From a phage, in sequence record PZ386973.1: DNA of 64,000 bases. One strand, given 5' to 3'. Numbering within the stretch: the stretch's first letter is position 1; every line of letters begins with the position of its first letter. A program made the position numbers and the translations under genes. A model generated the notes under the pieces. That model saw nothing but the letters and a program-made list of their open reading frames with translations, had not been told where the DNA came from and made no database searches. This document shows, piece by piece, positions 19,974 to 30,126 of the stretch.

Positions 19974-20726
19974 ATGGGAAAAGCACGTCAAAAAAGAGAG
20001 AACCGCAATGGTTCAAGAAAGCGTGGCAACAAATATGAGAATAACGTAATTCAGGCTGATTTTTCTAATGATTACGCTAACCCAGTTGCTAAATCCCTAG
20101 TAGGTAAAAACCGCGAGCAAAAATCATATATCAATATGATCAAGAACAACACAGTGACTGTGGGTATCGGTGAGCCAGGTACTGGTAAAACCTTTATTCC
20201 GTCTGTTCTTGCAGCTCAGGAACTCGTAGACATTCACTCAGATATTGAGCAAGTGATTCTCGTACGTCCTAATGAACCTCTAGGTAAGTCTCTTGGTATG
20301 CTTCCTGGTGATCTAGCGGAAAAGCTAGAGCCTTGGTTGGAGCCAATAGCTGATGGTATGAAATGGGCCATCGGCGACCATGCATATAAAGGATATGTCG
20401 AACGTCAGAAAATTAAATTTTTGGCTATCGAACATGCTCGTGGCAGAACTTTCAACAACTCCTATGTAATTGTCGATGAAGCTCAGAATATTTCCGTTGA
20501 GGCAATGATTTGTCTCCTAACTCGTGTAGGACAAGATTGCCGTTTAATTATCTGCGGAGATATAGCTCAGAAAGACATTAAAGGTGACTCAGGTCTAGCA
20601 CTACTTATGGAAGTCTATGAGAAATACGAAAATGCCCCATTCTCAATGATCGAATTGATTGATAACGTTCGTTCTGTTGAGTCTAAAGCATTCTATGATA
20701 TTTTTAAAGACATGGGGAAGGTGTAA
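19974..20726 (+). CDS. phoH: PhoH-like ATPase
   Basis: Walker A GIGEPGTGKTF; start set at the ATG behind an AGGAG ribosome-binding site (track start 19965 is GTG). Confidence 0.8.
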   Translation: MGKARQKRENRNGSRKRGNKYENNVIQADFSNDYANPVAKSLVGKNREQKSYINMIKNNTVTVGIGEPGTGKTFIPSVLAAQELVDIHSDIEQVILVRPNEPLGKSLGMLPGDLAEKLEPWLEPIADGMKWAIGDHAYKGYVERQKIKFLAIEHARGRTFNNSYVIVDEAQNISVEAMICLLTRVGQDCRLIICGDIAQKDIKGDSGLALLMEVYEKYENAPFSMIELIDNVRSVESKAFYDIFKDMGKV

Positions 20727-20727
20727 T

Positions 20728-20949
20728 ATGGGAAACGTCGTTCATCTGAGCCGTAAAACTAAAATACATCGTACTTCACTGAGTGCTGCTAATATGATTA
20801 CACGTAGGGAAGGGGAAGAAAGTCCTAAGACAACCCTAGCGTGGAAAATTGTAACCTCAAATCCAAATAAACCATTCAATTATAACGAGCTGAGCACCTC
20901 CATAGATATTCTATTAAAAGAAGTAGCTAGAGCTAAAGTAATTGAATAA
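20728..20949 (+). CDS. hypothetical small protein
   Basis: 73 aa from the ATG at 20728, overlapping the PhoH stop. Confidence 0.35.
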   Translation: MGNVVHLSRKTKIHRTSLSAANMITRREGEESPKTTLAWKIVTSNPNKPFNYNELSTSIDILLKEVARAKVIE

Positions 20950-21091
20950 GCTAAAAAGCTAGACTGACAACACAGAAGGCCTGGGTATGAAAATACTCGG
21001 GCCTTTTCTATCAGAAAATTTTATTTGCCTAATGACCGATAATAAAGTAGAATATTTCCTAAATCCTGATAACTATAAAAAGGAAAACCAA

Positions 21092-23422
21092 ATGAGCCAT
21101 CGTATTGAAAAAGTAATTAAACGTGACGGTACTGTAGAAGACTTTGCTCCTGAAAAAATCAATGGTTGGGCAGAGTATGGTTGCAAAACAGTTGATGTAA
21201 GTTGGTCAGCCATTACTATGGCTGCTCAAAAAACTCTGCCTAAAGGGGTTGTAGATTCCGACACTCTGATGGACGCATTAATTAAAGCTGCTGAAAGTCT
21301 TATCAAAGATAACCCAGCATACGACGTGCCGGCAAAGGAATTACGTCTTGCGCAAATGCGTAAACGCCTCTATGATTCCTTCGAACCGCCTTCTCTGCGC
21401 TTCTTCCATGACCATATGGTTAGCGTAGGTGCATGGGAAGACATGAGTGCATGGATTACCGATGAGCAATTTGAAGCTCTGAATCAGGTTATCGACCATG
21501 ATCGTGATCGTCTTTTTACTAGTGGTGGACTGAAGCAGTTCTTTGATAAGTATTCCCGTCGTAATATAGCCACTGGTGAAATTTATGAAACCCCGCAATT
21601 TGCCTACATGGGTATGGCAATGGCGATGCTATCTCAACCTAACTGGACAATTCTAGATGCAATCGACCTCTACAACGCAATGTCGCTCCACAAAATCAAC
21701 GTTCCTACGCCGCCACTGGTTGGTCTGCGCTCTAGTGACCGCGGATTTGCTAGTTGCTGCCTCGTGGATTCCACTGACACATTGGATTCAATCGACACCG
21801 CCGAGCACATCGTCTTCAAAATGGTCGCAGCCAGAGCGGGAATCGGGTATCATCTTGAAAGCCGATCAATTGCTGATCCGGTGCGAAATGGGGCATTCCC
21901 GCATTCCGGAAAACTGCCATATTATCGACACATTGATCGATCAGTAAAAGCGAACACTCAGCAAACCCGTGGTGGTTCTGCTACTGTATCTTACCCGTAC
22001 TTCGATCCTGAAATCATTCAGTTGATGCAGGTTAAGCAACAACGTGCTACAGACGAGAATAAAATCGACAAGATGGATTATTCTCTGAGCTTCAATAATC
22101 TTTTGTTAAAACGTTATCTGAAAAACGAAGATATTACGCTAATGTCGTACTTCTATGCCCCAGAAGTTCATGAAGCGTTTTATAGTGATGACGAGGCTAA
22201 ATTTGAAGAAATCTATGTGGCAGCGGAGAAACGTGTGGCATCTCTTACAAAGATCGACCACGAAGGAAAAACAGTTCCAGCAGCTCCTAAAGTCTCTGCA
22301 AAAGAAATCCTAGATACCTGGCTGCGTATCCGAATGGAAACAGGACGTATGTATGCTCATCACATTGGGGAATCTAATCGTCATGGTAACTTCCTTGATC
22401 CGATCCGTATGACAAACCTTTGTGTTGAAATTACTCAGCCTACACGCCCGTTCCACCATATCACAGAACTGTATAAGACAAAAGAGCAGCTTGATCAAAT
22501 GAAGCCAGAGGATATTGGTGAAGTATCTCTGTGTAACTTAGGCGGTGTTGTACTTGGACGCATGGAATCTCTGGCTGAGTGGGAAAAGACTTGCTATATT
22601 CTTCTGAAATTCGTTGATACCATCATTGAAATTCAGGATTATCCATTCCCAACTATGGAATATACGGCTAAGAAACGTCGTAACGTTGGTATTGGTCTGA
22701 TGAACGCAGCAGGTGCAATGGCAGCGGAAGGTTTGGCTTATGAAGGCGTTGAAGCGCGTAACTGGATTCATCGTGAAGCTGAAAAACTGTCCTACTTCCT
22801 GCATAAAGCCTCTGTACGCCTAGCCAAAGAGCAAGGTGCATGTGAATGGTTTGACCGTACTAAACCGTCTAAAGGAATACTGGTAATCGACACGTACAAG
22901 AAAACTGTTGATGAACTGGTATCAGTAGGTCTAGAAATGGATTGGGAATCTCTACGTGCAGATATTCTGAAATATGGTATGCGTAACTCTGTTCTGACTG
23001 CTCAGATGCCTGGAGAAAGTTCTTCTGTACTGTTGGGTGTTACTAACTCTATCGAACCGCCTCGTAAGATTGTATCTATCAAGGGTAGTGCGGTGAATAA
23101 AGTAATTGCAATTGCTCCAGGTGCAACCGATTGGGAAACGTTAATGAGCTATAAACTGGCTTATGATGTAGATCGTATCGAGTGGATCAAATGGGTAGCA
23201 ACTATGCAGAAATTCTTCAGTCAGTCTATCAGTACGAATATGTACTATGACTACACCAAGTTTGAGAATGAAATCATTCCTGGCCCAGTAGTAGTTCGTG
23301 ATTTCATGACTGCTGTTAAGTATGGGTGGAAAACTTGGTATTATGCTAACTTCAACACTGCAAATGGTGGAGGTGCTGGAGAAGAAGCAGCCGGTTGTGC
23401 ATCCGGTGGTTGTACTATTTAA
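21092..23422 (+). CDS. nrdA: ribonucleoside-diphosphate reductase alpha subunit (class I)
   Basis: ATP-cone start (MSHRIEKVIKRDG) and active-site NLCVEI; start moved from 20987 to the ATG behind an AAAGGAAAA ribosome-binding site. Confidence 0.9.
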   Translation: MSHRIEKVIKRDGTVEDFAPEKINGWAEYGCKTVDVSWSAITMAAQKTLPKGVVDSDTLMDALIKAAESLIKDNPAYDVPAKELRLAQMRKRLYDSFEPPSLRFFHDHMVSVGAWEDMSAWITDEQFEALNQVIDHDRDRLFTSGGLKQFFDKYSRRNIATGEIYETPQFAYMGMAMAMLSQPNWTILDAIDLYNAMSLHKINVPTPPLVGLRSSDRGFASCCLVDSTDTLDSIDTAEHIVFKMVAARAGIGYHLESRSIADPVRNGAFPHSGKLPYYRHIDRSVKANTQQTRGGSATVSYPYFDPEIIQLMQVKQQRATDENKIDKMDYSLSFNNLLLKRYLKNEDITLMSYFYAPEVHEAFYSDDEAKFEEIYVAAEKRVASLTKIDHEGKTVPAAPKVSAKEILDTWLRIRMETGRMYAHHIGESNRHGNFLDPIRMTNLCVEITQPTRPFHHITELYKTKEQLDQMKPEDIGEVSLCNLGGVVLGRMESLAEWEKTCYILLKFVDTIIEIQDYPFPTMEYTAKKRRNVGIGLMNAAGAMAAEGLAYEGVEARNWIHREAEKLSYFLHKASVRLAKEQGACEWFDRTKPSKGILVIDTYKKTVDELVSVGLEMDWESLRADILKYGMRNSVLTAQMPGESSSVLLGVTNSIEPPRKIVSIKGSAVNKVIAIAPGATDWETLMSYKLAYDVDRIEWIKWVATMQKFFSQSISTNMYYDYTKFENEIIPGPVVVRDFMTAVKYGWKTWYYANFNTANGGGAGEEAAGCASGGCTI

Positions 23423-23430
23423 TAAAAACA

Positions 23431-23456
23431 AGGAGATCTTCGGGTCTCCTTTTTCT
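23431..23456 (+). terminator. rho-independent terminator
   Basis: Hairpin GGAGA-TCTTCGGG-TCTCC followed by TTTTTCTTT. Confidence 0.6.
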
Positions 23457-23528
23457 TTGAAATTTTACTTGCTAATCTCTACCAGATTTGCTATAATATT
23501 CCTGAAATAGTGAGAAAGAGGAAAATCA

Positions 23529-24674
23529 ATGACTACTTTACTAAACCTGAATTGGGACCATACTAACGCTGACCTTTTCCTGGGAGATTCTCTCGGTGTC
23601 GCAGATTATGTACGCGTAGCACATCCAGAACTAGAACGTCTGGCACTTCTGCAACGCTCTCAATTTTGGACTGAAACTGAAATCAGTCTGGAAGCAGATA
23701 AGAAACAATGGCCTAATCTCCCACGTGAAATTCAGGAAATTACACTCCTGAACTTAGCATGGCAGACTCAAACTGATTCCTTTATCAGTCGTGCCCCTGA
23801 AGCAGCTATTATGCCGCTTGTAAGTCGTCCAGAATTGGAAGGAATGTTAAAGCAGTGGAGCTACTTCGAAGACCTGCATAGTCGTGCTTATAGTAATATT
23901 ATTCGTAATGTGTTGACTGACCCAGCAGAATTTATTGATTCTGTAACTAAAAACCAAGAAGCATTCGCACGAATCGCTGATTCTGTTGAACTATTCGATG
24001 AACTGTACCAGTTAGGTCAGTATTTCATTGCAGTACGCGATCATCGTGGCGACAATACTTATCCAGAAACTGAGTTCCCTGAAGTTAAACGTGAAACTCA
24101 GGCTAAACTATTAGACGCTTACTTTGCTATCTATGGTCTGGAAGCAATGCAGTTTTACGCATCATTTGCATGTACCTTTGCATTAGCAGAGAACGATATT
24201 CTGCAAGGTATTGCTAAAAATCTGCAATTAATCGCTAAAGATGAAGCTCTGCACACTCAGATGTCCAAAGCAATCATCCAGATTATGTTCCAGCAGTTTG
24301 ACAAAGACCTGGTGGATGAAGCAGTGGCTAAAGCACCAGCACAGCTCCTGAAAACTCTGAAAACTGAAATTGAATGGGGTCATTTCATTTTCAAAGGTCG
24401 TAGTCTGATTGGCTTGAATGCAGAACTTCTAGAAGAATATCTGTACTTTGTGGGGCGTAATGCATTTATGCACATCGGTGTAGAATGGCCTAGTCACTTA
24501 CCAGTAATCACCAAAAACCCTATTCCGTGGATCATGAACTGGTTGGATACTACTTCTCTACAGCCTGCTCCGCAAGAAATCCAGATTGGTGCAGCTTACC
24601 GTGTAGGTCAGGTAACTGAGACCTCTACGGATACCCTGAAAGATCTGGGTAATGAATTTGGAGATTTCTTATGA
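23529..24674 (+). CDS. nrdB: ribonucleoside-diphosphate reductase beta subunit
   Basis: 381-aa ORF directly downstream of nrdA with a ferritin-like profile; 4-bp overlap with the next gene. Confidence 0.8.
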   Translation: MTTLLNLNWDHTNADLFLGDSLGVADYVRVAHPELERLALLQRSQFWTETEISLEADKKQWPNLPREIQEITLLNLAWQTQTDSFISRAPEAAIMPLVSRPELEGMLKQWSYFEDLHSRAYSNIIRNVLTDPAEFIDSVTKNQEAFARIADSVELFDELYQLGQYFIAVRDHRGDNTYPETEFPEVKRETQAKLLDAYFAIYGLEAMQFYASFACTFALAENDILQGIAKNLQLIAKDEALHTQMSKAIIQIMFQQFDKDLVDEAVAKAPAQLLKTLKTEIEWGHFIFKGRSLIGLNAELLEEYLYFVGRNAFMHIGVEWPSHLPVITKNPIPWIMNWLDTTSLQPAPQEIQIGAAYRVGQVTETSTDTLKDLGNEFGDFL

Positions 24675-25204
24675 TTACAGCAATGTATGCAGTTGGGCCG
24701 AATGGGGAGTTCGGCCTCCGCGGTAAACTTCCATGGGGTTCTTTCAAAGAAGAACTAGATGCTTTCTATTCTCAACTGGACGTGTTGAATCCAGATAACA
24801 TCATTATTGGTGCGGGTACTTATTTAGCTCTTCCATACGCCGTTAGGGAACGTATGATTGGAGCCTCCGACCTATTTATTCGTGCAGATCGTCCACTGCC
24901 AGACGATATTACACATGATATTTACACCCCAATTTCTAGGATTGGGGATACATTGCCCACGTTCTTAAAAGATCAGCAAACAGTAGTTCTAGGCGGAGCT
25001 AATCTTCTTTTGGAAATGTACCAGCACGGGCACATAGAAAGTGCTTTTGTATCTACAATCTTTAGCGAACAGAAGCTAGAGGCAGATATACACCTAGATA
25101 GCACAATCCTGGATTATAATTATGAATCCACTAGATTAGTTTATGCAGTTGGCGCTAACAGTGATAACAGCCTGCGATTTGTACAGGAATTGGTTACTTA
25201 TTAA
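24671..25204 (+). CDS. dihydrofolate reductase
   Basis: N-terminal motif VGPNGEFGLRGKLPW; 177 aa; stop overlaps the thymidylate synthase start. Confidence 0.7.
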   Translation: MITAMYAVGPNGEFGLRGKLPWGSFKEELDAFYSQLDVLNPDNIIIGAGTYLALPYAVRERMIGASDLFIRADRPLPDDITHDIYTPISRIGDTLPTFLKDQQTVVLGGANLLLEMYQHGHIESAFVSTIFSEQKLEADIHLDSTILDYNYESTRLVYAVGANSDNSLRFVQELVTY

Positions 25205-26043
25205 TGCAACAATACTTAAAAATTCTAACAGATGTAATTTTATTGGGTGAACCACGTAACGATCGTACGGGAACAGGCACAGTTTCAATTTTCGATTCCT
25301 ATGCTAAGTTCGACCTACGTGAAGGATTCCCTGCCGTAACCACTAAACGTCTAGCTTGGAAATCGGTAGTTGGGGAACTCTTATGGTTTTTATCTGGATC
25401 TACAAATCTTCATGATCTACGTGTATTCACATTTGGTCGTGACGAAGGACAGTGGACCATCTGGACTCCAAATTATGAAGACCAAGCTATAAGTATGGGG
25501 TATGATAAGGGTAATCTAGGACCAGTATATGGTAAACAGTGGCGTAACTTTGGTGGACGAGATCAGATTCTAGAACTTATTGAGGGACTCAAGAATAATC
25601 CTCATGGCCGCAGACATCTAGTTTCTGCATGGAATGTTGCTGAACTTGATAAAATGGCATTACCACCCTGTCACTACGGCTTCCAGTGCTATGTAAGTAA
25701 CGATGGATACCTAGATCTTAAATGGACACAACGTTCTGTAGATTGTTTCCTCGGTTTACCTTTCAATATTGCTAGTTATGCTTTATTAACGCATATAATA
25801 GCAAAACTGACAGGATTAAAACCTCGTTATCTTATCTTTAGTGGCGGTGATACTCATATCTATAATGACCACATGGAACAGGTAGAAGAACAGGTAAAAC
25901 GTAAACCTCGTCCTTTACCGACTCTAGTAATGCCAGAATTTGTAGATCTTTACGACTTACTAGAAAATAATACGGCAGCTTGGTCATTCCATTTAGAGGG
26001 GTACGATCCTCACCCAGCTCTTAAAGCTAAGATGTCTTCTTAA
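25204..26043 (+). CDS. thyA: thymidylate synthase
   Basis: Active-site motif LPPCHYGFQCYV; 279 aa. Confidence 0.9.
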   Translation: MQQYLKILTDVILLGEPRNDRTGTGTVSIFDSYAKFDLREGFPAVTTKRLAWKSVVGELLWFLSGSTNLHDLRVFTFGRDEGQWTIWTPNYEDQAISMGYDKGNLGPVYGKQWRNFGGRDQILELIEGLKNNPHGRRHLVSAWNVAELDKMALPPCHYGFQCYVSNDGYLDLKWTQRSVDCFLGLPFNIASYALLTHIIAKLTGLKPRYLIFSGGDTHIYNDHMEQVEEQVKRKPRPLPTLVMPEFVDLYDLLENNTAAWSFHLEGYDPHPALKAKMSS

Positions 26044-26082
26044 CTCAAATAGCCCTTCGGGGCTATTATATCTAAATTTCAT

Positions 26083-26111
26083 TTGCTTACTGAGTGAAAT
26101 TTAGATATAAT
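26083..26111 (+). promoter_or_regulatory. sigma70-type promoter
   Basis: TTGCTT-17 nt-TATAAT. Confidence 0.5.
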
Positions 26112-26135
26112 ATATTTTATAAATCGGAGACAACT

Positions 26136-26390
26136 ATGGGACTCTTTAAAAAGAAAGTTTATTTAACACAAAGTCAAGAACGTAGGTTCTTAGCTCTGTC
26201 TCAGTATTATCACTTACCTTTCGATCATTTTGTAGAACGGGCGTTAGAACAATTCCTAGAAAAGGAATTAAAGGCAATTAGACCTGAACCGCCAAGAGTA
26301 CCAAATGATGCACAGAGAGGTCATCCATGTATTCCTCCTATGCCGCCAATTCCTCCAGCGACTAGGGTAATTATAGAAGGCGAAAACTAA
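26136..26390 (+). CDS. hypothetical protein with proline-rich C-terminus
   Basis: Start at the ATG behind a GGAGA ribosome-binding site; C-terminal PCIPPMPPIPP. Confidence 0.4.
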   Translation: MGLFKKKVYLTQSQERRFLALSQYYHLPFDHFVERALEQFLEKELKAIRPEPPRVPNDAQRGHPCIPPMPPIPPATRVIIEGEN

Positions 26391-26659
26391 TGTCTATTCT
26401 TTTATCTGCTTTAGAAGCAAAACAAAATACTATTGCTGTTATTAAACAGGAAGTACTTAATCTAGAGTCACTTATTGCCGTAGAGATTGATAAAGCAATC
26501 AAAGAAAAAGAATTTAACTGCCATATTCAGGGATTAACTGAATATTCAGAAAACGCCAGAAACAGCGTTATGCAACGACTCACTAAACTAGGCTATGTCG
26601 TAGAAGCTAAGTATGAGCAGCGTGAAGGTTTTTGGCTTGAAATTGACTGGAGCAAATAA
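26390..26659 (+). CDS. hypothetical protein
   Basis: 89-aa ORF, translationally coupled to both neighbours. Confidence 0.4.
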   Translation: MSILLSALEAKQNTIAVIKQEVLNLESLIAVEIDKAIKEKEFNCHIQGLTEYSENARNSVMQRLTKLGYVVEAKYEQREGFWLEIDWSK

Positions 26660-27135
26660 TGTCGGTTTTCCACATTTACACAGATGGTGCTTGTAAGTCT
26701 AACCCAGGTCCAGGTGCTTGGGGTTTTATTGTCTATGATGATAACGACGATCGTTTAGGTTCTAAATCGGGTTATAGTCCTAAAACTACAAATAATGAGA
26801 TGGAACTCACAGCTATTGTAGAAGCTCTACGTTGGTCTGTTAAAAAAGATAATAGACCAATTGCTATCTATACTGACTCTGCTTATTGCAAAAATGGCAT
26901 GGAAAGTTGGATGTTTTCTTGGCAAAGGAAAGGCTGGAAGAAAGCAGATGGTGAAGTTCCTCTTAATCTAGAACTTTGGCAGGAAGCATTTAGATTAACA
27001 CAGCAGTATATTAACTTTCATAATACTAACCCTACCTTTATTAAGGTTAAAGGACATTCTGGTATTAGTGGTAATGAAGCTGTAGATGCCTTATGTAATA
27101 CAGTTATTACTGAAGCTGAAATGGCTGAGATGTAA
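26659..27135 (+). CDS. ribonuclease H
   Basis: Motif YTDGACKSNPGPGAWG typical of RNase HI; 158 aa. Confidence 0.85.
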   Translation: MSVFHIYTDGACKSNPGPGAWGFIVYDDNDDRLGSKSGYSPKTTNNEMELTAIVEALRWSVKKDNRPIAIYTDSAYCKNGMESWMFSWQRKGWKKADGEVPLNLELWQEAFRLTQQYINFHNTNPTFIKVKGHSGISGNEAVDALCNTVITEAEMAEM

Positions 27136-27155
27136 TAAATAAATTAAAAATTCTC

Positions 27156-27184
27156 TTGCTTAAAGCTCTCTAATTTAGTATAAT
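27156..27184 (+). promoter_or_regulatory. sigma70-type promoter
   Basis: TTGCTT-17 nt-TATAAT. Confidence 0.5.
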
Positions 27185-27211
27185 ATTCGTATTGAAAGTG
27201 AGGAGGGCTTT

Positions 27212-27496
27212 ATGCGGATTTATAACTCAAATTCATTAGGATTTAAACCATTGAGAAAACGTGCACAATCACCTCGTCAAATAAGAAAGGCTAATATTGG
27301 TGAGCCAGAAACACGTCTTCCACCTCCTCCAGAACAACGTTTAGTTTATCTGGACGAAGAATTAGCTGAACGCGAAAGAAAAGCTCAAGAAGAGATTGAG
27401 CGTAAGAAAATGTGTACTGCTCCAGCCTACTCCAAGGGGGCTTATCAGTATATCTATACAGCCGAGGAGGCTAAAGATGCGGGGCGTAAAAAATGA
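27212..27496 (+). CDS. hypothetical protein
   Basis: 94-aa ORF; 4-bp overlap with the NADAR gene. Confidence 0.4.
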   Translation: MRIYNSNSLGFKPLRKRAQSPRQIRKANIGEPETRLPPPPEQRLVYLDEELAERERKAQEEIERKKMCTAPAYSKGAYQYIYTAEEAKDAGRKK

Positions 27497-27942
27497 AGAT
27501 TACTGAATTTAAAGGTACTTATAGTTTCTTATCTAACTTTTATTTATCACCAATTACTTTCGAATATCTAAATGAGATATGGCATGCTGATACTGTAGAA
27601 CATGCCTTTCAGGCTATGAAATCCGACCAAAAAGATGATGTAGCTCATGTACTGCGCTCCCTAAGTGCAGGAGTTGCCAAACGTAGGGGACGTAAATTAA
27701 CTCTGCGCTCTGACTGGGATAAGGTAAAAGATGATGTAATGCTAGAGCTTTTACGGTTAAAGTTTGCAATCCCTGATTTGAGAGACAAACTGTTAGCAAC
27801 AAAAAATGCAACTTTGGTCGAAGGAAATACCTGGGGAGATACATATTGGGGTGTTTGCCGAGGCATCGGGGATAATACTTTAGGAGTTCTTTTGATGCAG
27901 GTAAGGTCTGAAATTAAAAGAAGCTTACAGTTAATAAATTAA
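27493..27942 (+). CDS. NADAR-domain (YbiA-like) protein
   Basis: Motifs FLSNFY, VEHAFQAMK and WGVCRGIGDNTLGVLLMQVR match the NADAR/DUF1768 family. Confidence 0.75.
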   Translation: MKITEFKGTYSFLSNFYLSPITFEYLNEIWHADTVEHAFQAMKSDQKDDVAHVLRSLSAGVAKRRGRKLTLRSDWDKVKDDVMLELLRLKFAIPDLRDKLLATKNATLVEGNTWGDTYWGVCRGIGDNTLGVLLMQVRSEIKRSLQLIN

Positions 27943-27950
27943 AAATTCAT

Positions 27951-27979
27951 TTGCTAAACGCTTCAAATTCTCGTATAAT
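27951..27979 (+). promoter_or_regulatory. sigma70-type promoter
   Basis: AAAAATTCATTTGCTA...TCGTATAAT plus CATAAATTGATAAAC leader. Confidence 0.55.
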
Positions 27980-28017
27980 ATACTTCATAAATTGATAAAC
28001 AAAAAGGAAAATAAATA

Positions 28018-28533
28018 ATGGCTAAGCAGAAAAACGCAAAAACTCAAGCAGCTCCGGCAGTTAAAACTTTCCCTCAGACTGAGGCTAATCGCAAAGCTCG
28101 TCTGGAACGCCACCTGCGCAAGCATCCTACCGATGCTCAGGCTGCGCAAGCACTGAATAACCCGGCTCCGATTCGCCAGAAACCTAAGGCTAAGAATACT
28201 GCTCGTTCTGTAGCCCGCCTTGTAACCTATGTGCAGGGTTATGGTCACAAATCTGTTCCAGTAACACTGAGTTTCAATGCTGGGGCTGAATTGTTCCCTC
28301 GTAATGGCATGGCTATGAAAGACTATGAGAAGGCAGTTAACCAGAAGCGTAAACCAACGGCAGATGTACTTCGTGACACTCGTGGCCAGTTTGGTTCTGT
28401 TAAACCAAATATTTTTGGCGTAGAATATAGCAAAGATAACGTTCGTGCTCTGTGCTACGGTGTAGGAATTAAGTTCACCGGCGATTCTGCTCGTAAATCT
28501 GCTAAACCAGCTCGCAAGCGTAAAGCGAAGTAA
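28018..28533 (+). CDS. hypothetical basic protein
   Basis: 171 aa, Lys/Arg/Ala-rich termini. Confidence 0.45.
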   Translation: MAKQKNAKTQAAPAVKTFPQTEANRKARLERHLRKHPTDAQAAQALNNPAPIRQKPKAKNTARSVARLVTYVQGYGHKSVPVTLSFNAGAELFPRNGMAMKDYEKAVNQKRKPTADVLRDTRGQFGSVKPNIFGVEYSKDNVRALCYGVGIKFTGDSARKSAKPARKRKAK

Positions 28534-28596
28534 TAGATAAATAGGGGCAGAAGCCCCTACAATCTACTAATTCTCTAACTAATCAAGGATATTTTT

Positions 28597-28812
28597 ATGT
28601 TCTCTAAGAAACCACGTTCCGTTACTGAAATCGTTGCTTCCTTTACCACTATCACTGATGAGCTTCAAGCTCGTATTGAGGCTGATCAAAAAATTGCTGC
28701 GGATATTCAGAAACAGCAGGAAGAACTCGCTTTAAAGTTGGCTGAAACCAACAAGAGTGAAAAATCTGCCCAAACTATTATGGAAAATATCCTTAAACTG
28801 CTGGGCAAGTAA
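28597..28812 (+). CDS. hypothetical small protein
   Basis: 71-aa ORF flanked by GC hairpins. Confidence 0.35.
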   Translation: MFSKKPRSVTEIVASFTTITDELQARIEADQKIAADIQKQQEELALKLAETNKSEKSAQTIMENILKLLGK

Positions 28813-28853
28813 TTTAAATCAGGGGGCGAAAGCCCCTCTTATTTGGAGAAACT

Positions 28854-29090
28854 ATGCGTAATTTTGTAGCAAAGAATGATTTTAACCGTGCTAGCACCCA
28901 TAAGTCAGCTAGGGATTATACACGACTTTCTAGTCATGAGGTAATGGATACCTGTTATGAAGAGCTGGAAGGTAGCTGGAATGAATGGCCCGACTTCTCT
29001 ATGGAAGAGAACTGGGATGTCAGTGAGGATATGCTTCCTGGTTTTAAAGACCCCAAGAAGTGGGAGTCTATTAAAGAGACAGCTCTTTAA
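28854..29090 (+). CDS. hypothetical small protein
   Basis: 78-aa acidic ORF. Confidence 0.35.
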   Translation: MRNFVAKNDFNRASTHKSARDYTRLSSHEVMDTCYEELEGSWNEWPDFSMEENWDVSEDMLPGFKDPKKWESIKETAL

Positions 29091-29118
29091 TAGTTTTCTA
29101 CACAATAAAGGATAAGTT

Positions 29119-29820
29119 ATGAAAGTAAAACCATTTGGTATGCTAGATATTGAATCTCTAGGAACCCCTGGAGATTGTGGTACTACCCATATCGCAATGC
29201 CTTCATTCGCTTTTGTGGCTATGCATGGAATTGATAAAGACCCTGATCTAGTATTTGTTACTTTAGATGTACAAGATCAACTTAATTCTGGTGCCAAAGT
29301 TACAGCATCTACTCTAGCATTCTGGATGGATCAGGCTAAACATAGCCCGTCTGCTATTCACATTATGGAAGCTATGAAGGAACGTAATCCAAAACTGATT
29401 GCCTTCCAAAATGGTAAACATCATTGCACTAATAAATTAGGCTCAAACTATGCTGCCTTCTCTATGGCTCAAAATATTATGGAGTTGGCTCTAGGCGAAA
29501 ATGCTTTGTATTATGGCAATGGCCCAGAGTTTGATATGACTATCTACTCTGCAAACACGTTCCATGCTGGAACCAATGAAGAGGTAGTTCCGTGGAAATT
29601 CTGGAATTTGGGTAATGTTCGATCTCTTCGTAATCTCTGGATGCAAGCTGGATACAGTTATAAAGCTCTAGAGACAGAAGGTATTAGCTGGGCAATAGCT
29701 AAAATGGAGAAGATGGACACTATTCGTTATGGGATCTATCCGGTTAAGCATGATCCTGCATTTGATGCCTTAGTTGAAAGCTATTGTGTTGCAGCTATGA
29801 TCGAAAAAATGAAAATTTGA
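29119..29820 (+). CDS. putative DEDDh 3'-5' exonuclease (DnaQ-like)
   Basis: Exo I-like LDIESLG and Exo III-like HDPAFDALVESY; 233 aa. Confidence 0.5.
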   Translation: MKVKPFGMLDIESLGTPGDCGTTHIAMPSFAFVAMHGIDKDPDLVFVTLDVQDQLNSGAKVTASTLAFWMDQAKHSPSAIHIMEAMKERNPKLIAFQNGKHHCTNKLGSNYAAFSMAQNIMELALGENALYYGNGPEFDMTIYSANTFHAGTNEEVVPWKFWNLGNVRSLRNLWMQAGYSYKALETEGISWAIAKMEKMDTIRYGIYPVKHDPAFDALVESYCVAAMIEKMKI

Positions 29821-29821
29821 T

Positions 29822-29850
29822 TTGCCTCCGGCTCCAAAATTCTGTATAAT
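29822..29850 (+). promoter_or_regulatory. sigma70-type promoter
   Basis: TTGCCT-17 nt-TATAAT. Confidence 0.5.
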
Positions 29851-29890
29851 ATATTCATAAATTTGAGAAAACAATAAAAGGAAAACAAAT

Positions 29891-30073
29891 ATGCCAGTAT
29901 CTAAAAATGTTCGTAAAAATGGTAAGAAAGCTACTCGTAATCTGGGTATCCGTCGTATGGCTGAACGTCAATCAGGTGTCCAGAAAATCTTTGATCTGCT
30001 AAATCGTGCTAATCCTAAAATTGATAACAGTAACGATACTGTTCTACGCACTCTGCTGGCAATTGGTCTGTAA
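29891..30073 (+). CDS. hypothetical small basic protein
   Basis: 60-aa ORF behind a promoter and a GGAAAACAAAT leader. Confidence 0.35.
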   Translation: MPVSKNVRKNGKKATRNLGIRRMAERQSGVQKIFDLLNRANPKIDNSNDTVLRTLLAIGL

Positions 30074-30126
30074 TAGACCAAATTTAAACAAATTCAAATC
30101 TCAAACCTCATATAAGGAAGCAAATA

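Noticed and set aside
20987-21091. N-terminal extension of nrdA from the ATG at 20987
   Set aside because: The extension has no ribosome-binding site and is not part of the ATP-cone; the ATG at 21092 has a ribosome-binding site and gives the canonical N-terminus.
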